From the IMG/VR virus record IMGVR_UViG_3300027852_000046, positions 1-52,827 of that record: a stretch of 52,827 bases of DNA; one strand, written 5' to 3'. The stretch comes from a virus (taxonomy: Duplodnaviria; Caudoviricetes). Below, one piece after another: positions 14,439-22,863 of this stretch (its first letter is position 1; each line of letters opens with the position of its first letter). The notes below the pieces were generated by a model that made no database searches, had not been told where the DNA came from, and worked only from the letters and a program-made list of their open reading frames with translations. The position numbers and the translations under genes were made by a program.

Positions 14439-16247
14439 ATGTATAAGAAAAACACAGCAGTCGTAGGTTTCCCCGTTGGGCTGAGAGCAACCTCTGGTAA
14501 CTCGGACATAACGACAGGGACTCCGGTAGGTTATGTTACTCTCGACGGTGGCACACAAACAGCTATTGCAGACGTAACGCCAGTGCATAAAGGTAATGGG
14601 CAGTGGACATTTAACCTAACAGCCGCAGAAATGAATGGTGATACGGTAGGGCTGGTGTTTACTCATGCTTCAGCAATAACAGAGCATATTATTTTAAAGA
14701 CAGAGATAATAACGACACTGGCAACCGGTACTAGCTCAATATCAACCGCAGCATCAAACTCAACAATAACCGTAGGGAGTGAAACGCTCACTTTTGCGGC
14801 AACAACTCAATTAGATGGCTTATACCACGAGATATCAGATGTGGGCGGTCAGATAGATAGCACATATCATTTTGATGTTGGTGGCGCAGGTATTGGCACA
14901 GAGGTTACATTCACAGGTAGGTTGAACGGGTCGAATGACGTTTTAGGTCTATTTGCTTATAATTGGGACGGGGCATCATGGGATCAAATAGGTAGCATAC
15001 AAGGCGACAATTCGACAGTGGACGTTGCGGGTGAGTTTAATATCTTAGCTTCTCATACAGGCACAGGTGTAAATTCTGGCAAGGTAGATATAAGGGCCTA
15101 TACAGCCAGCGGATTAAGCTCCGCAACAATGTATTTAGATCAAGTCTATCTAAGTTACGCAGTAGTATCTCAGACGGTTGGATATGCACTTGGTAGGATT
15201 TGGGTGAATACAGATGCGGCAAATACAAATACAGAATTGTATGTTGATGGTGTAGCGGATAATCCAGTTGGTACGATGGCAGCAGCTAAAGAGATTGCTG
15301 ATAACATGGGCATCAAGGATTTCCATATAACATCTAATTCGTCAATAACTCTCATCGCTCCGCTTTCTGGTTACAATGTATTTGGAGTTGGTTATTCTTT
15401 AGACTTTGGTGGGCAAGATGTAGGTGGCACTCACTTTTATCATTCTAGCCCTAGTAATGGAGTTGCAGAAGTATCAATAGATCATTTGGATCATTTAGAT
15501 TCGATAATCAATAACGTTACATCTGACGACGCCCATCATACAAACTGTATATTCATTGGTACTTATACGTTCGGTACAGATGGAACAGCGGTAGTCGAAG
15601 CTAACACAAATCACTGTAAATCAGGTATAGCGGGTTCATCTTCTCCGATATTCACAAAGACAGCAGGTTCAACGTTAACGTGGTCAGTACGTGATTGGAA
15701 GGGCGGCATGACAATCAACGGACTTGAAGCAGGAGACAAGGTTACGATAGGTGGGGGAGAGCTTGGCACTATTACATTCAACGGAGCAGATGCAGAAGTA
15801 GAAGTTCGAGGGATAGCTAAGGCAGTCACTAACAACCTAACAGGTTCACCAGCAATTAATCTTGATGGTCTTGTAATAGCGTCAGATGTAGATGATATTA
15901 AAACAACAATAGGAATAGCCGGAGCAGGCTTAACTAGTGTGCCCAAAGTAGATGCAAATATTGTTGAGATAGGTGGCAGTACTGATTCAGCCAATAACTT
16001 GAAGGCAAGCGCATCTGGAATTGTAGTGAGTAGCGTTAATGATGCAGCAGGATCAGTTACTAGCTTTATTATAGATTCAACTGTAACTGTTGATAACCAC
16101 TTCGGCGAAAGGCTGTTAATATTTACTTCAGGCTTGCTAGCCAATCAAGCAACCAGTATTGAAGACTATGACGGAGAAACAAAGAGAGTAACGGTCACAG
16201 CATTAACAAGTGCTCCTGCCAATGGAGTAAGCTTTGTCATCGTCTAG
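14439..16247 (+). CDS. Large Gly/Thr/Asp-rich beta-structured protein, possibly virion-associated
   Basis: 602 aa with AAGGA RBS; function guessed from composition only. Confidence 0.5.
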   Translation: MYKKNTAVVGFPVGLRATSGNSDITTGTPVGYVTLDGGTQTAIADVTPVHKGNGQWTFNLTAAEMNGDTVGLVFTHASAITEHIILKTEIITTLATGTSSISTAASNSTITVGSETLTFAATTQLDGLYHEISDVGGQIDSTYHFDVGGAGIGTEVTFTGRLNGSNDVLGLFAYNWDGASWDQIGSIQGDNSTVDVAGEFNILASHTGTGVNSGKVDIRAYTASGLSSATMYLDQVYLSYAVVSQTVGYALGRIWVNTDAANTNTELYVDGVADNPVGTMAAAKEIADNMGIKDFHITSNSSITLIAPLSGYNVFGVGYSLDFGGQDVGGTHFYHSSPSNGVAEVSIDHLDHLDSIINNVTSDDAHHTNCIFIGTYTFGTDGTAVVEANTNHCKSGIAGSSSPIFTKTAGSTLTWSVRDWKGGMTINGLEAGDKVTIGGGELGTITFNGADAEVEVRGIAKAVTNNLTGSPAINLDGLVIASDVDDIKTTIGIAGAGLTSVPKVDANIVEIGGSTDSANNLKASASGIVVSSVNDAAGSVTSFIIDSTVTVDNHFGERLLIFTSGLLANQATSIEDYDGETKRVTVTALTSAPANGVSFVIV

Positions 16248-16503
16248 GTTAGGGCTTATAGGGGTCGCAAGGACTGCACAAACGTTTGATCCTAAAGGCC
16301 CTAGTGAGGTAGTGCTACCCGTAGTAAGTAGACCAGTAATAAAGGCCAGCACCTTCAGACGCAAAAGCATAACAAGTCTAATGCAAAAAGCAGAGAAAGG
16401 CGCATACACTGAATATGATAGCTATAGATTCAGCTCAACATCATTTAGGATGAAAGATAAGATCGGTGGGCAACCGCTACCCGCTAAGAGACGTAGGCGT
16501 TAA
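16234..16503 (+). CDS. Basic hypothetical protein
   Basis: ORF with uncertain start. Confidence 0.4.
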   Translation: MSSSRLGLIGVARTAQTFDPKGPSEVVLPVVSRPVIKASTFRRKSITSLMQKAEKGAYTEYDSYRFSSTSFRMKDKIGGQPLPAKRRRR

Positions 16504-16562
16504 TCAAGCAAAGAAATAAGGTATAATATCTATTTCAAACCTATCTTAAGGACGGTTTATAT

Positions 16563-17042
16563 ATGAAAACATGGAAAGCAAAGTATCTCAAAGAAAGAGA
16601 AAAACGACACTCTATGGCTAACGAGCTAAAGAGGCGACGAATAGCAGATAACAACATAGATGACTTGCTAATCGAGAACAATCTCTTAGAGCAGCAAATA
16701 CGAGAACTAGACATACCAACAGCCGCCGAGTTATTAGCGGCTATGAAGGGTAAGCCAGAAGGTTCAGTCGCAGCGTTAATCGAAAAGCATAAAGCAGAGA
16801 ATGATTCTTTGAGTAAGGAAGTAGTTAACTTAAAGAGCCAGGTTCATGGATTGAGGAATGAAGTATTCGATAGAGAGAAGTCATTAGCTAGTGAGCAAGA
16901 AAAGAATAAGGATCTGATAGCAAAGATTGGAGCGAATTTGAACCTCATTGAAGAAGGGATGAGGGATGGCGACTTTAATGAGGAAGGTGAGGTTATTCTG
17001 AAAGCTATCATCAGGCTACTAAGAGGGCTTAGTGGTGGGTAG
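16563..17042 (+). CDS. Coiled-coil hypothetical protein
   Basis: Heptad-rich sequence. Confidence 0.65.
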   Translation: MKTWKAKYLKEREKRHSMANELKRRRIADNNIDDLLIENNLLEQQIRELDIPTAAELLAAMKGKPEGSVAALIEKHKAENDSLSKEVVNLKSQVHGLRNEVFDREKSLASEQEKNKDLIAKIGANLNLIEEGMRDGDFNEEGEVILKAIIRLLRGLSGG

Positions 17043-17048
17043 GCTGAC

Positions 17049-17324
17049 ATGAGTATGTTAATGGCAAGATTCAATCAAATGGCTGAAGAGTTAAAAGCGT
17101 ATGAGTCAAATGAGAATGCTATGCGTGAAGAGATAGCTATTTTAGATAGAGAAATAAGAAGTTTGAACCTTTACATATCTACACTAGACGTAAGAGAAAC
17201 TCCGTCATTAATTAGAAGCGCAGAGAATATAAGCAGAATAATTAGAGAGAATAAGCAAAGCGAAGAGGTAAAGGCGAAGCTAGAATCAGTGTTAGCGGAT
17301 TTACGGGAGATAGCTCATGGGTAG
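17049..17324 (+). CDS. Coiled-coil hypothetical protein
   Basis: ORF directly upstream of terS. Confidence 0.65.
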   Translation: MSMLMARFNQMAEELKAYESNENAMREEIAILDREIRSLNLYISTLDVRETPSLIRSAENISRIIRENKQSEEVKAKLESVLADLREIAHG

Positions 17325-17841
17325 GCCAATAGAGACTAAAAAGAAAGCCGCTTCTGCGAGAAGGAAAATGGGTCGACCTTCTAAATACACTCTAGCATTG
17401 GCAGATAAAGTATGTAGCTATCTAGCCAATGGTGAATCAATGAGAGAGGTTGAAAGGAAAAAAGGTATGCCTAGCATGGTAACTATCTTTGCTTGGATTA
17501 GAAAGCATCCTGAGTTTCTTAAGCAATACGAAATTGCAAAGCAAGAAGCTGCTGATGCAATGACAGAAGATATGCAAGACATAGCAGATAATCAGGTGAG
17601 CCAACCGCTTCTTATTGAAGGAAAACCTGTTGTTATAGAAGGTAAAACGGTAATGGTTACAGATTCAGCCTCCGTTGCCCATGCAAGACTACGGGTAGAT
17701 ACAAGGAAATGGGCGGCATCTAAGTTAAAGCCGAAGAAGTATGGCGACAGAATATCACAAGAGCATACTGGCTCATTAACAATCGGTGGAATACTCAGTG
17801 AGATAAGCGGTAAATCTAGCGGCTTACCTCGCGATGACTGA
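17317..17841 (+). CDS. terS: Terminase small subunit
   Basis: GRPSKYT, GESMR and ARLRVDTRKWAASKLKPKKYGD motifs. Confidence 0.9.
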   Translation: MGRPIETKKKAASARRKMGRPSKYTLALADKVCSYLANGESMREVERKKGMPSMVTIFAWIRKHPEFLKQYEIAKQEAADAMTEDMQDIADNQVSQPLLIEGKPVVIEGKTVMVTDSASVAHARLRVDTRKWAASKLKPKKYGDRISQEHTGSLTIGGILSEISGKSSGLPRDD

Positions 17842-19321
17842 AGAAGAACAAGCCTTAGCAATTAAAGACAAATTAGGCGATAGAAGCTGGCGGCTTGATA
17901 ATCTCTATTACATAACAGATAAGCGCGGAAATAAGGTACAGTTCAAGATGAATTGGGCGCAAAGGATAGCGTTCAATGATATGTGGTTTCTCAATATATT
18001 GCTTAAAGCTCGCCAGCTTGGTATGACTACATTCATTCAGTTATTCATCTTAGATGCCTGTCTATTCAATGATAATGTTAGGGCAGGGGTTATCGCCCAT
18101 AACAGGGAAGATGCTCAGAAGTTCTTTAGAGATAAGATTAAGTTTGCTTATGAGAACCTGCCTGATTGGTTGAGAAGCGAAGTAACGTCAACAAATGATA
18201 GAGCGCAGGAGCTAGTTTTTAGTAATGGCTCTTCTATATCAGTTGGTACATCAATGAGATCAGGTACGTTGCAATATTTGCATGTAAGTGAATTTGGTAA
18301 GATATGCTCTAAATATCCAGCCAAAGCACGAGAGATCGTCACAGGAGCCATAAATGCAGTGGAAGCAGGCCAGTTCGTCTACATAGAGAGTACAGCGGAG
18401 GGCCAAGAGGGCTACTTCTACGATTATTGCAAGATTGCTCAAAATGCTGAGCTAGAAGGTCGAGAGCTTACACCATTAGATTATAAATTCTTCTTTTTCC
18501 CTTGGTGGGGCGAGAAGAATTATAGGTTAACAGGTAATGTTATTATCAACGATACAGATAAGGCTTACTTTGAGGATTTAAGAAAAAGAGGCATTGAGTT
18601 AAGTATCGAGCAAATGAACTGGTATGTTAAGAAGAAATCTACTCAGGGCGATGATATGAAGCGTGAATATCCTTCAACACCCGAAGAGGCTTTCGAGCAA
18701 TCTGTAAGCGGTGCTTATTTCCATACTGAAATGCTTGATGTAAGGAGTGAGGGCAGAATACAGCGTATCAAGTATGCGCCTCAGTTACCTGTTCATGCCT
18801 TTATGGACTTAGGAAGAGATGATGCGACTAGTATTTGGTTTATGCAAGACTATTATTCACAGTACAGATTTATTAAGTATTATGAGAATAATGGCGAATC
18901 AATGCAGTTCTATTTAAAATATATGCAGCAGCTTGGGTATGTGTTCGGTGATATATATTTGCCGCATGATGCTAACGTAACTGACTATACACGGGCAGAC
19001 AATAAATCAAGGGCTGATATAGTAAGGTCAGCAGGATTTAGCGTAGTAGTAGTGCCAAGAGTGCCGCATAAGATTGAGGCAATACAAGCAGTCAGAGATA
19101 TATTGCCAAGTTGCTATTTTGATGAAGAAGGGGCAGAGCAAGGAATAAAGCATTTAGATAATCATCGTCGTGAATGGGATGATAAATACGGTCGATGGAA
19201 AGACAAACCGTTTCACGGGCCTGCATCGCATGGGGCAGATGCTTTTGAGCAGTTCGCTAGAGGATATGCAGATAATACGCATATGCAACAAAGCTTTGAA
19301 CCGGAGAATGATTACTTATGA
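17834..19321 (+). CDS. terL: Terminase large subunit
   Basis: LKARQLGMTT, LHVSEFG, IESTAEG, DLGRDD and SHGADAF motifs. Confidence 0.95.
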   Translation: MTEEEQALAIKDKLGDRSWRLDNLYYITDKRGNKVQFKMNWAQRIAFNDMWFLNILLKARQLGMTTFIQLFILDACLFNDNVRAGVIAHNREDAQKFFRDKIKFAYENLPDWLRSEVTSTNDRAQELVFSNGSSISVGTSMRSGTLQYLHVSEFGKICSKYPAKAREIVTGAINAVEAGQFVYIESTAEGQEGYFYDYCKIAQNAELEGRELTPLDYKFFFFPWWGEKNYRLTGNVIINDTDKAYFEDLRKRGIELSIEQMNWYVKKKSTQGDDMKREYPSTPEEAFEQSVSGAYFHTEMLDVRSEGRIQRIKYAPQLPVHAFMDLGRDDATSIWFMQDYYSQYRFIKYYENNGESMQFYLKYMQQLGYVFGDIYLPHDANVTDYTRADNKSRADIVRSAGFSVVVVPRVPHKIEAIQAVRDILPSCYFDEEGAEQGIKHLDNHRREWDDKYGRWKDKPFHGPASHGADAFEQFARGYADNTHMQQSFEPENDYL

Positions 19322-19674
19322 TATTAATTGAAAGCATAAAATCTTATGAGATTGATTATGATGAAGCAATGATTGATAGGCACTCGTATAATGAGCCATT
19401 TCGGCTTGACGATGGAGGATGCGTAGATTATAGGATTGTTCAGGAGCTAGTTAGAGGTAGACGTTTCATTCGGCCCGATGGAGAGATGGTTGTTATCGGT
19501 TGTTCTGAACAGGTGGGTGATATAATTGACATACAGTATGAAGCATGGGATGAAGCTAATAGGCTTATTGAAGAATGGCGTACTCAATATGTCAATTTAA
19601 AGCTAGATTTCGATATAGTAAGAAGGGCAGGCTTTATAACACGTTTGAAGTGGTTATTCTTTGGGGTTGATTGA
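19318..19674 (+). CDS. Hypothetical protein
   Basis: Overlaps the terL stop. Confidence 0.65.
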   Translation: MILIESIKSYEIDYDEAMIDRHSYNEPFRLDDGGCVDYRIVQELVRGRRFIRPDGEMVVIGCSEQVGDIIDIQYEAWDEANRLIEEWRTQYVNLKLDFDIVRRAGFITRLKWLFFGVD

Positions 19675-19676
19675 TT

Positions 19677-19880
19677 ATGATTAAAGTAACTCATAGAAAG
19701 TGCGGAGCACAGATAGGCTGGTATAAAGGTATTAAAGGTATGCAAGTAAGGGCTGCTGACTTTATAAGAATGGACGGCTCTTCGCCAAAACCCAATGATC
19801 GCGTTAGAGAGAAGTGTATCGGGTGTGGAGACGTTATAACTAGCCTTTATGATTTTGATATGGTTAAGGAAGATGATTAA
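19677..19880 (+). CDS. Small Zn-binding protein
   Basis: HRKC...CIGC. Confidence 0.6.
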   Translation: MIKVTHRKCGAQIGWYKGIKGMQVRAADFIRMDGSSPKPNDRVREKCIGCGDVITSLYDFDMVKEDD

Positions 19881-20094
19881 TATAATAGACTGGAACGACC
19901 CCGTAATAAAAAAAGCGCTTAGGTTATCAAAGGATTTGAATGATCACTGCCAAGAGCATGGCCCACCTAAGATGTTAATCCTTGATGGTGTAGCGCATAA
20001 TTCTAGCGCTATTTGGAACGCAGCCTTAGAATCAGCTAAGGAAGAGGTAGATGACGGGTATCATATGGCGCTTGATGATCTAAGGGGGCAATAA
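19873..20094 (+). CDS. Hypothetical protein
   Basis: ORF within the operon. Confidence 0.55.
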   Translation: MINIIDWNDPVIKKALRLSKDLNDHCQEHGPPKMLILDGVAHNSSAIWNAALESAKEEVDDGYHMALDDLRGQ

Positions 20095-20096
20095 TT

Positions 20097-20285
20097 ATGG
20101 ATATGAAAATTGAGGTGAATGTCGATCTCGGTGACTTTATTGAGAAATGGGGTGACGATACATTGGAAGAGTTTATCAAAGACGAGATAAAGAGCGATGT
20201 TTTAAGGGCGGTTAAGGCATCAAGAAGATATAAAAGAATAGTGGCGGAGCGTCAAGCCGAAATGTTACGCATGCTTGATGAGTAA
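20097..20285 (+). CDS. Hypothetical protein
   Basis: ORF within the operon. Confidence 0.6.
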   Translation: MDMKIEVNVDLGDFIEKWGDDTLEEFIKDEIKSDVLRAVKASRRYKRIVAERQAEMLRMLDE

Positions 20286-20443
20286 CAAAACAGGGGAGGC
20301 TTGATGTGCCCGAAGGAATGATTCCGCCAGCAACACCACTAAACATATCTTACGGAGAGGCTCAGGCTTAAGGTAAAGCGCCGAGGTACGAGGTCGATTT
20401 TGACCGACTTGTTATACGCCTAACATAAATAAAGGTATTAGAA

Positions 20444-20683
20444 ATGCAACTAAAAGAACTAAAGATTGAGAGAAAATCATGGGGAAAGGACGAAGGGAAA
20501 CACGTTGGAACAGCCTCTTTTGATAATGAGCTTGGACTTGTAGCAATAAAGCTTACTCCTGAGTTATGTAATGAGCTTTTTAGACTGTGCGCTGATGGAA
20601 TAGTAAGCACCGCAAAGGAAGCGGCTAAAGAATTGACGTGCTCAGTAATTGAGCACCAAGCTAAGTTAGAAGATGGCGTATAA
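20444..20683 (+). CDS. Cassette hypothetical protein
   Basis: Bounded by GTTATACGCC and GGCGTATAAC. Confidence 0.7.
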   Translation: MQLKELKIERKSWGKDEGKHVGTASFDNELGLVAIKLTPELCNELFRLCADGIVSTAKEAAKELTCSVIEHQAKLEDGV

Positions 20684-20737
20684 CGCTTTAGTTAAGCCGC
20701 CGCGCTTTTCGCGGTCGGATTGAAAGACTTGTTATAA
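20678..20737 (-). other. attC-like site
   Basis: GTATAAC..CCGCCGCG..CGCGGTCGG..GTTATAA. Confidence 0.9.
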
Positions 20738-20752
20738 ACCGGAGTTTAAAGA

Positions 20753-20950
20753 ATGACAGAAGTTGAAGCAGTTGAAAAACACAAAGAGCTATATGACCGT
20801 GCCGGAGCTGTTGGCCTGACACTAAAAACCAACGGCGAGTGGTTTGAATTTAATATTAAGCAAGCTAATGGCTTGATTTCAAAAAAGACACTGGCTGAAA
20901 TTGAAGTTTTTATTTGCGGCTATGAGCTTGGATACCATGCAGGTTTATAA
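20753..20950 (+). CDS. Cassette hypothetical protein
   Basis: Bounded by GTTATAAACC and GGTTTATAAC. Confidence 0.7.
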   Translation: MTEVEAVEKHKELYDRAGAVGLTLKTNGEWFEFNIKQANGLISKKTLAEIEVFICGYELGYHAGL

Positions 20951-21004
20951 CGCCCGTTAATAAGCCGTGAGCGTAGCGAGTCGGCTTAATAAACTTTGTT
21001 ATAT
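20945..21004 (-). other. attC-like site
   Basis: TTATAAC..TAAGCCG..CGGCTTA..GTTATAT; similar to 3876-3936. Confidence 0.9.
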
Positions 21005-21025
21005 TTAAAATACTGGAGATGAAAA

Positions 21026-21358
21026 ATGAAAGATTGGATTAAAAGAAAACTAGGAATTACAGCTCTTGAAAAAGAAAACGAAATGTTACGAATTGCCCTG
21101 AAAAATCATCGTAAATTTGTACAAAACAAGGTTTCAGAGCTGAAAGATTATACCCGTGTTGATGCTGATGTGGGGGCTAGGGGAAATAACACAATAGTGC
21201 TAACAGGCGTGTATAAAAAAAATGCATTTGTAAGGTTTTATGACATTGGTGACGGTCAATTTGAACAGCTTGTAAACCAAATGAGGAGCATGAAAGACCA
21301 TTGCTTAATTAGAAATATAGATATGCCTCCACAGTTCAAAGGCATGTTTGAAATATAA
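21026..21358 (+). CDS. Cassette hypothetical protein
   Basis: GGAG RBS; stop lies in the core. Confidence 0.7.
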   Translation: MKDWIKRKLGITALEKENEMLRIALKNHRKFVQNKVSELKDYTRVDADVGARGNNTIVLTGVYKKNAFVRFYDIGDGQFEQLVNQMRSMKDHCLIRNIDMPPQFKGMFEI

Positions 21359-21480
21359 CGCTTTAGTTGTACAGCCTGCGGGAATTAACAAAGGAGCTAT
21401 AAAAATGCAAGAAGGTACGCGAACCAAAGAAACTGAAAACGGCACGGAGTTAGCAGGTCAGGACGAACGACTTGTTATAT
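21353..21480 (-). other. attC-like site, leader-encoding family
   Basis: ATATAAC...GTTATAT, 128 bp. Confidence 0.85.
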
Positions 21481-21677
21481 TGCCGCGCCCATGCCCTTGG
21501 TGCAATAGCAAAAGTATTGATCTTAGTTTTGCGCGAGGCTTTACTGCTGGGGACAAAAGAAGGCCAATTATCGGTGCTGGTTGTTCTAATTGCGGTGCAG
21601 TTGGCCCTATGGTGGAATTTGACTCAATAAATGGATATGAAGAATCTCAAAAAGCTTGGGATGACAGGGCAATATAA
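21405..21677 (+). CDS. Lar-family restriction alleviation-like protein with attC-encoded leader
   Basis: PCPWC...CSNCGAVGP...AWDDRA; ATG lies inside the attC. Confidence 0.7.
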   Translation: MQEGTRTKETENGTELAGQDERLVILPRPCPWCNSKSIDLSFARGFTAGDKRRPIIGAGCSNCGAVGPMVEFDSINGYEESQKAWDDRAI

Positions 21678-21734
21678 CGCTTTAGGTAAAACGCCGAGCG
21701 GCAGCGAAGGTCGATTTTGACCGACTGGTTATAT
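21672..21734 (-). other. attC-like site
   Basis: ATATAAC..GGTAAAACG..CGATTTTGACC..GTTATAT. Confidence 0.85.
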
Positions 21735-21755
21735 TACGATTACTGGAGAACTAAG

Positions 21756-22157
21756 ATGGAAAGAGTATTTTTAGGTGGAACATGTAACGAAAGCACCTGG
21801 AGAAACCAGATGATGGTATATCTGAGTGACTTTGGAATGGAGTATTTCAATCCCGTGGTCGATGACTGGGATGATAACGCACAAGCTAATGAGCTGCGGG
21901 AGCGAGAAGAATGTGATTTCTGTCTTTATACAATTACACCAAAAATGACAGGCACGTATTCAATCGCCGAAGTGGTAGACGACAGCAACAAAAGGCCAAT
22001 GAAAACAGTAATGGTGTTGTTGCGAGATGACGATGGTAGCAAATTTACAGAGGGGCAATGGAAATCATTAGGATCTGTAGCAAATATGGTTAAGCGCAAT
22101 GGTGGGCAAGTATTTGACAACCTACGCCTTGCTGCAACCGCGATTGCCGGAAAGTAA
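21756..22157 (+). CDS. Nucleoside 2-deoxyribosyltransferase-like domain protein
   Basis: VFLGGTCNESTWR, YFNPVVDDW and YSIAEVVD motifs. Confidence 0.7.
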   Translation: MERVFLGGTCNESTWRNQMMVYLSDFGMEYFNPVVDDWDDNAQANELREREECDFCLYTITPKMTGTYSIAEVVDDSNKRPMKTVMVLLRDDDGSKFTEGQWKSLGSVANMVKRNGGQVFDNLRLAATAIAGK

Positions 22158-22217
22158 TATAACGCCCGTTAATAAGCAGCCGAGTTTACGAGGTCGGCTT
22201 GATAAACCTTGTTATAG
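22157..22217 (-). other. attC-like site
   Basis: ATATAAC..ATAAGCAGCC..GGTCGGCTTGAT..GTTATAG. Confidence 0.85.
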
Positions 22218-22236
22218 CTGAATAGGATAATTAATT

Positions 22237-22410
22237 ATGCAATGTAGTGAATGCGGTGGTCTCGTTGAGTGGCAAGGTCAGTTAAGCAATTTAACTCATA
22301 CTGAATGCCTTTCTTGCGGTGCTATTAACAGTCAATTGCCTGAAAATATTGATGAATGTGAGTGTGAAAACTTAGGCAGTGAATGTCATAGCTGTGAAGT
22401 TGAGTTATAA
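22237..22410 (+). CDS. Cassette Cys-rich protein, 57 aa (MQCSECGGLVEWQG...)
   Basis: Hand-translated; stop lies in the core of the attI-like site. Confidence 0.7.
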   Translation: MQCSECGGLVEWQGQLSNLTHTECLSCGAINSQLPENIDECECENLGSECHSCEVEL

Positions 22411-22509
22411 CAGCAGTAATAAGCGGAACAAATGGAGGCATTTAGCCACTCCACAGTTTTTAGACCATAAAATAAGCTATGCTCTCTAAAACTATTCAGT
22501 GAGTCGTGA

Positions 22510-22863
22510 ATGATTGAGCAAATGAGTAAAGCAGAAATGCAAGAGGCAGTAGCTAACGACAGTTACTGTAAGCGTCTTGGTATAGAGCTGTTTAAATCGA
22601 ACCCAAGCCGCAAGTGGTACTTAGAGGTTGTGGATCACGGCAAGATAGCAGTCGTTAAGATTCCTGATATCAGCATGAAGTACGGCAATATCGTACACCT
22701 GACTCAATCCATAGAAGATGATATTAAGCGAGTTATATTCGCAGGTGCAGAGCTATTGGAAAGATTCAACCTTACCCGTGGCAAGAGTGATAACTACGAC
22801 TTAATGAGCTTAGAGCGTAACCAAGAAGGTGTCATTGGTGCTAAAGCTGGTGAGTTAACGTAA
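22510..22863 (+). CDS. Hypothetical protein upstream of portal
   Basis: ORF with AGAELLERFNL motif. Confidence 0.65.
   Translation: MIEQMSKAEMQEAVANDSYCKRLGIELFKSNPSRKWYLEVVDHGKIAVVKIPDISMKYGNIVHLTQSIEDDIKRVIFAGAELLERFNLTRGKSDNYDLMSLERNQEGVIGAKAGELT

Larger units (their letters stand above)
20366..22430 (-). mobile_element. Cassette array F: 6 cassettes, variant attI-like site at 22411-22430
   Basis: attC lacking R' at 20366-20417; 5 complete attC sites; TAA|CAGCAGTAATAAGCGGAACA (one extra base). Confidence 0.9.

Noticed and set aside
21348-21404. Extended N-termini (MKYNALVVQPAGINKGAIK here; MPYNAIVVQPAEINKGAIK at 814-870)
   Set aside because: These are open frames through the attC arm; the RBS points to the internal ATGs at 21405 and 813
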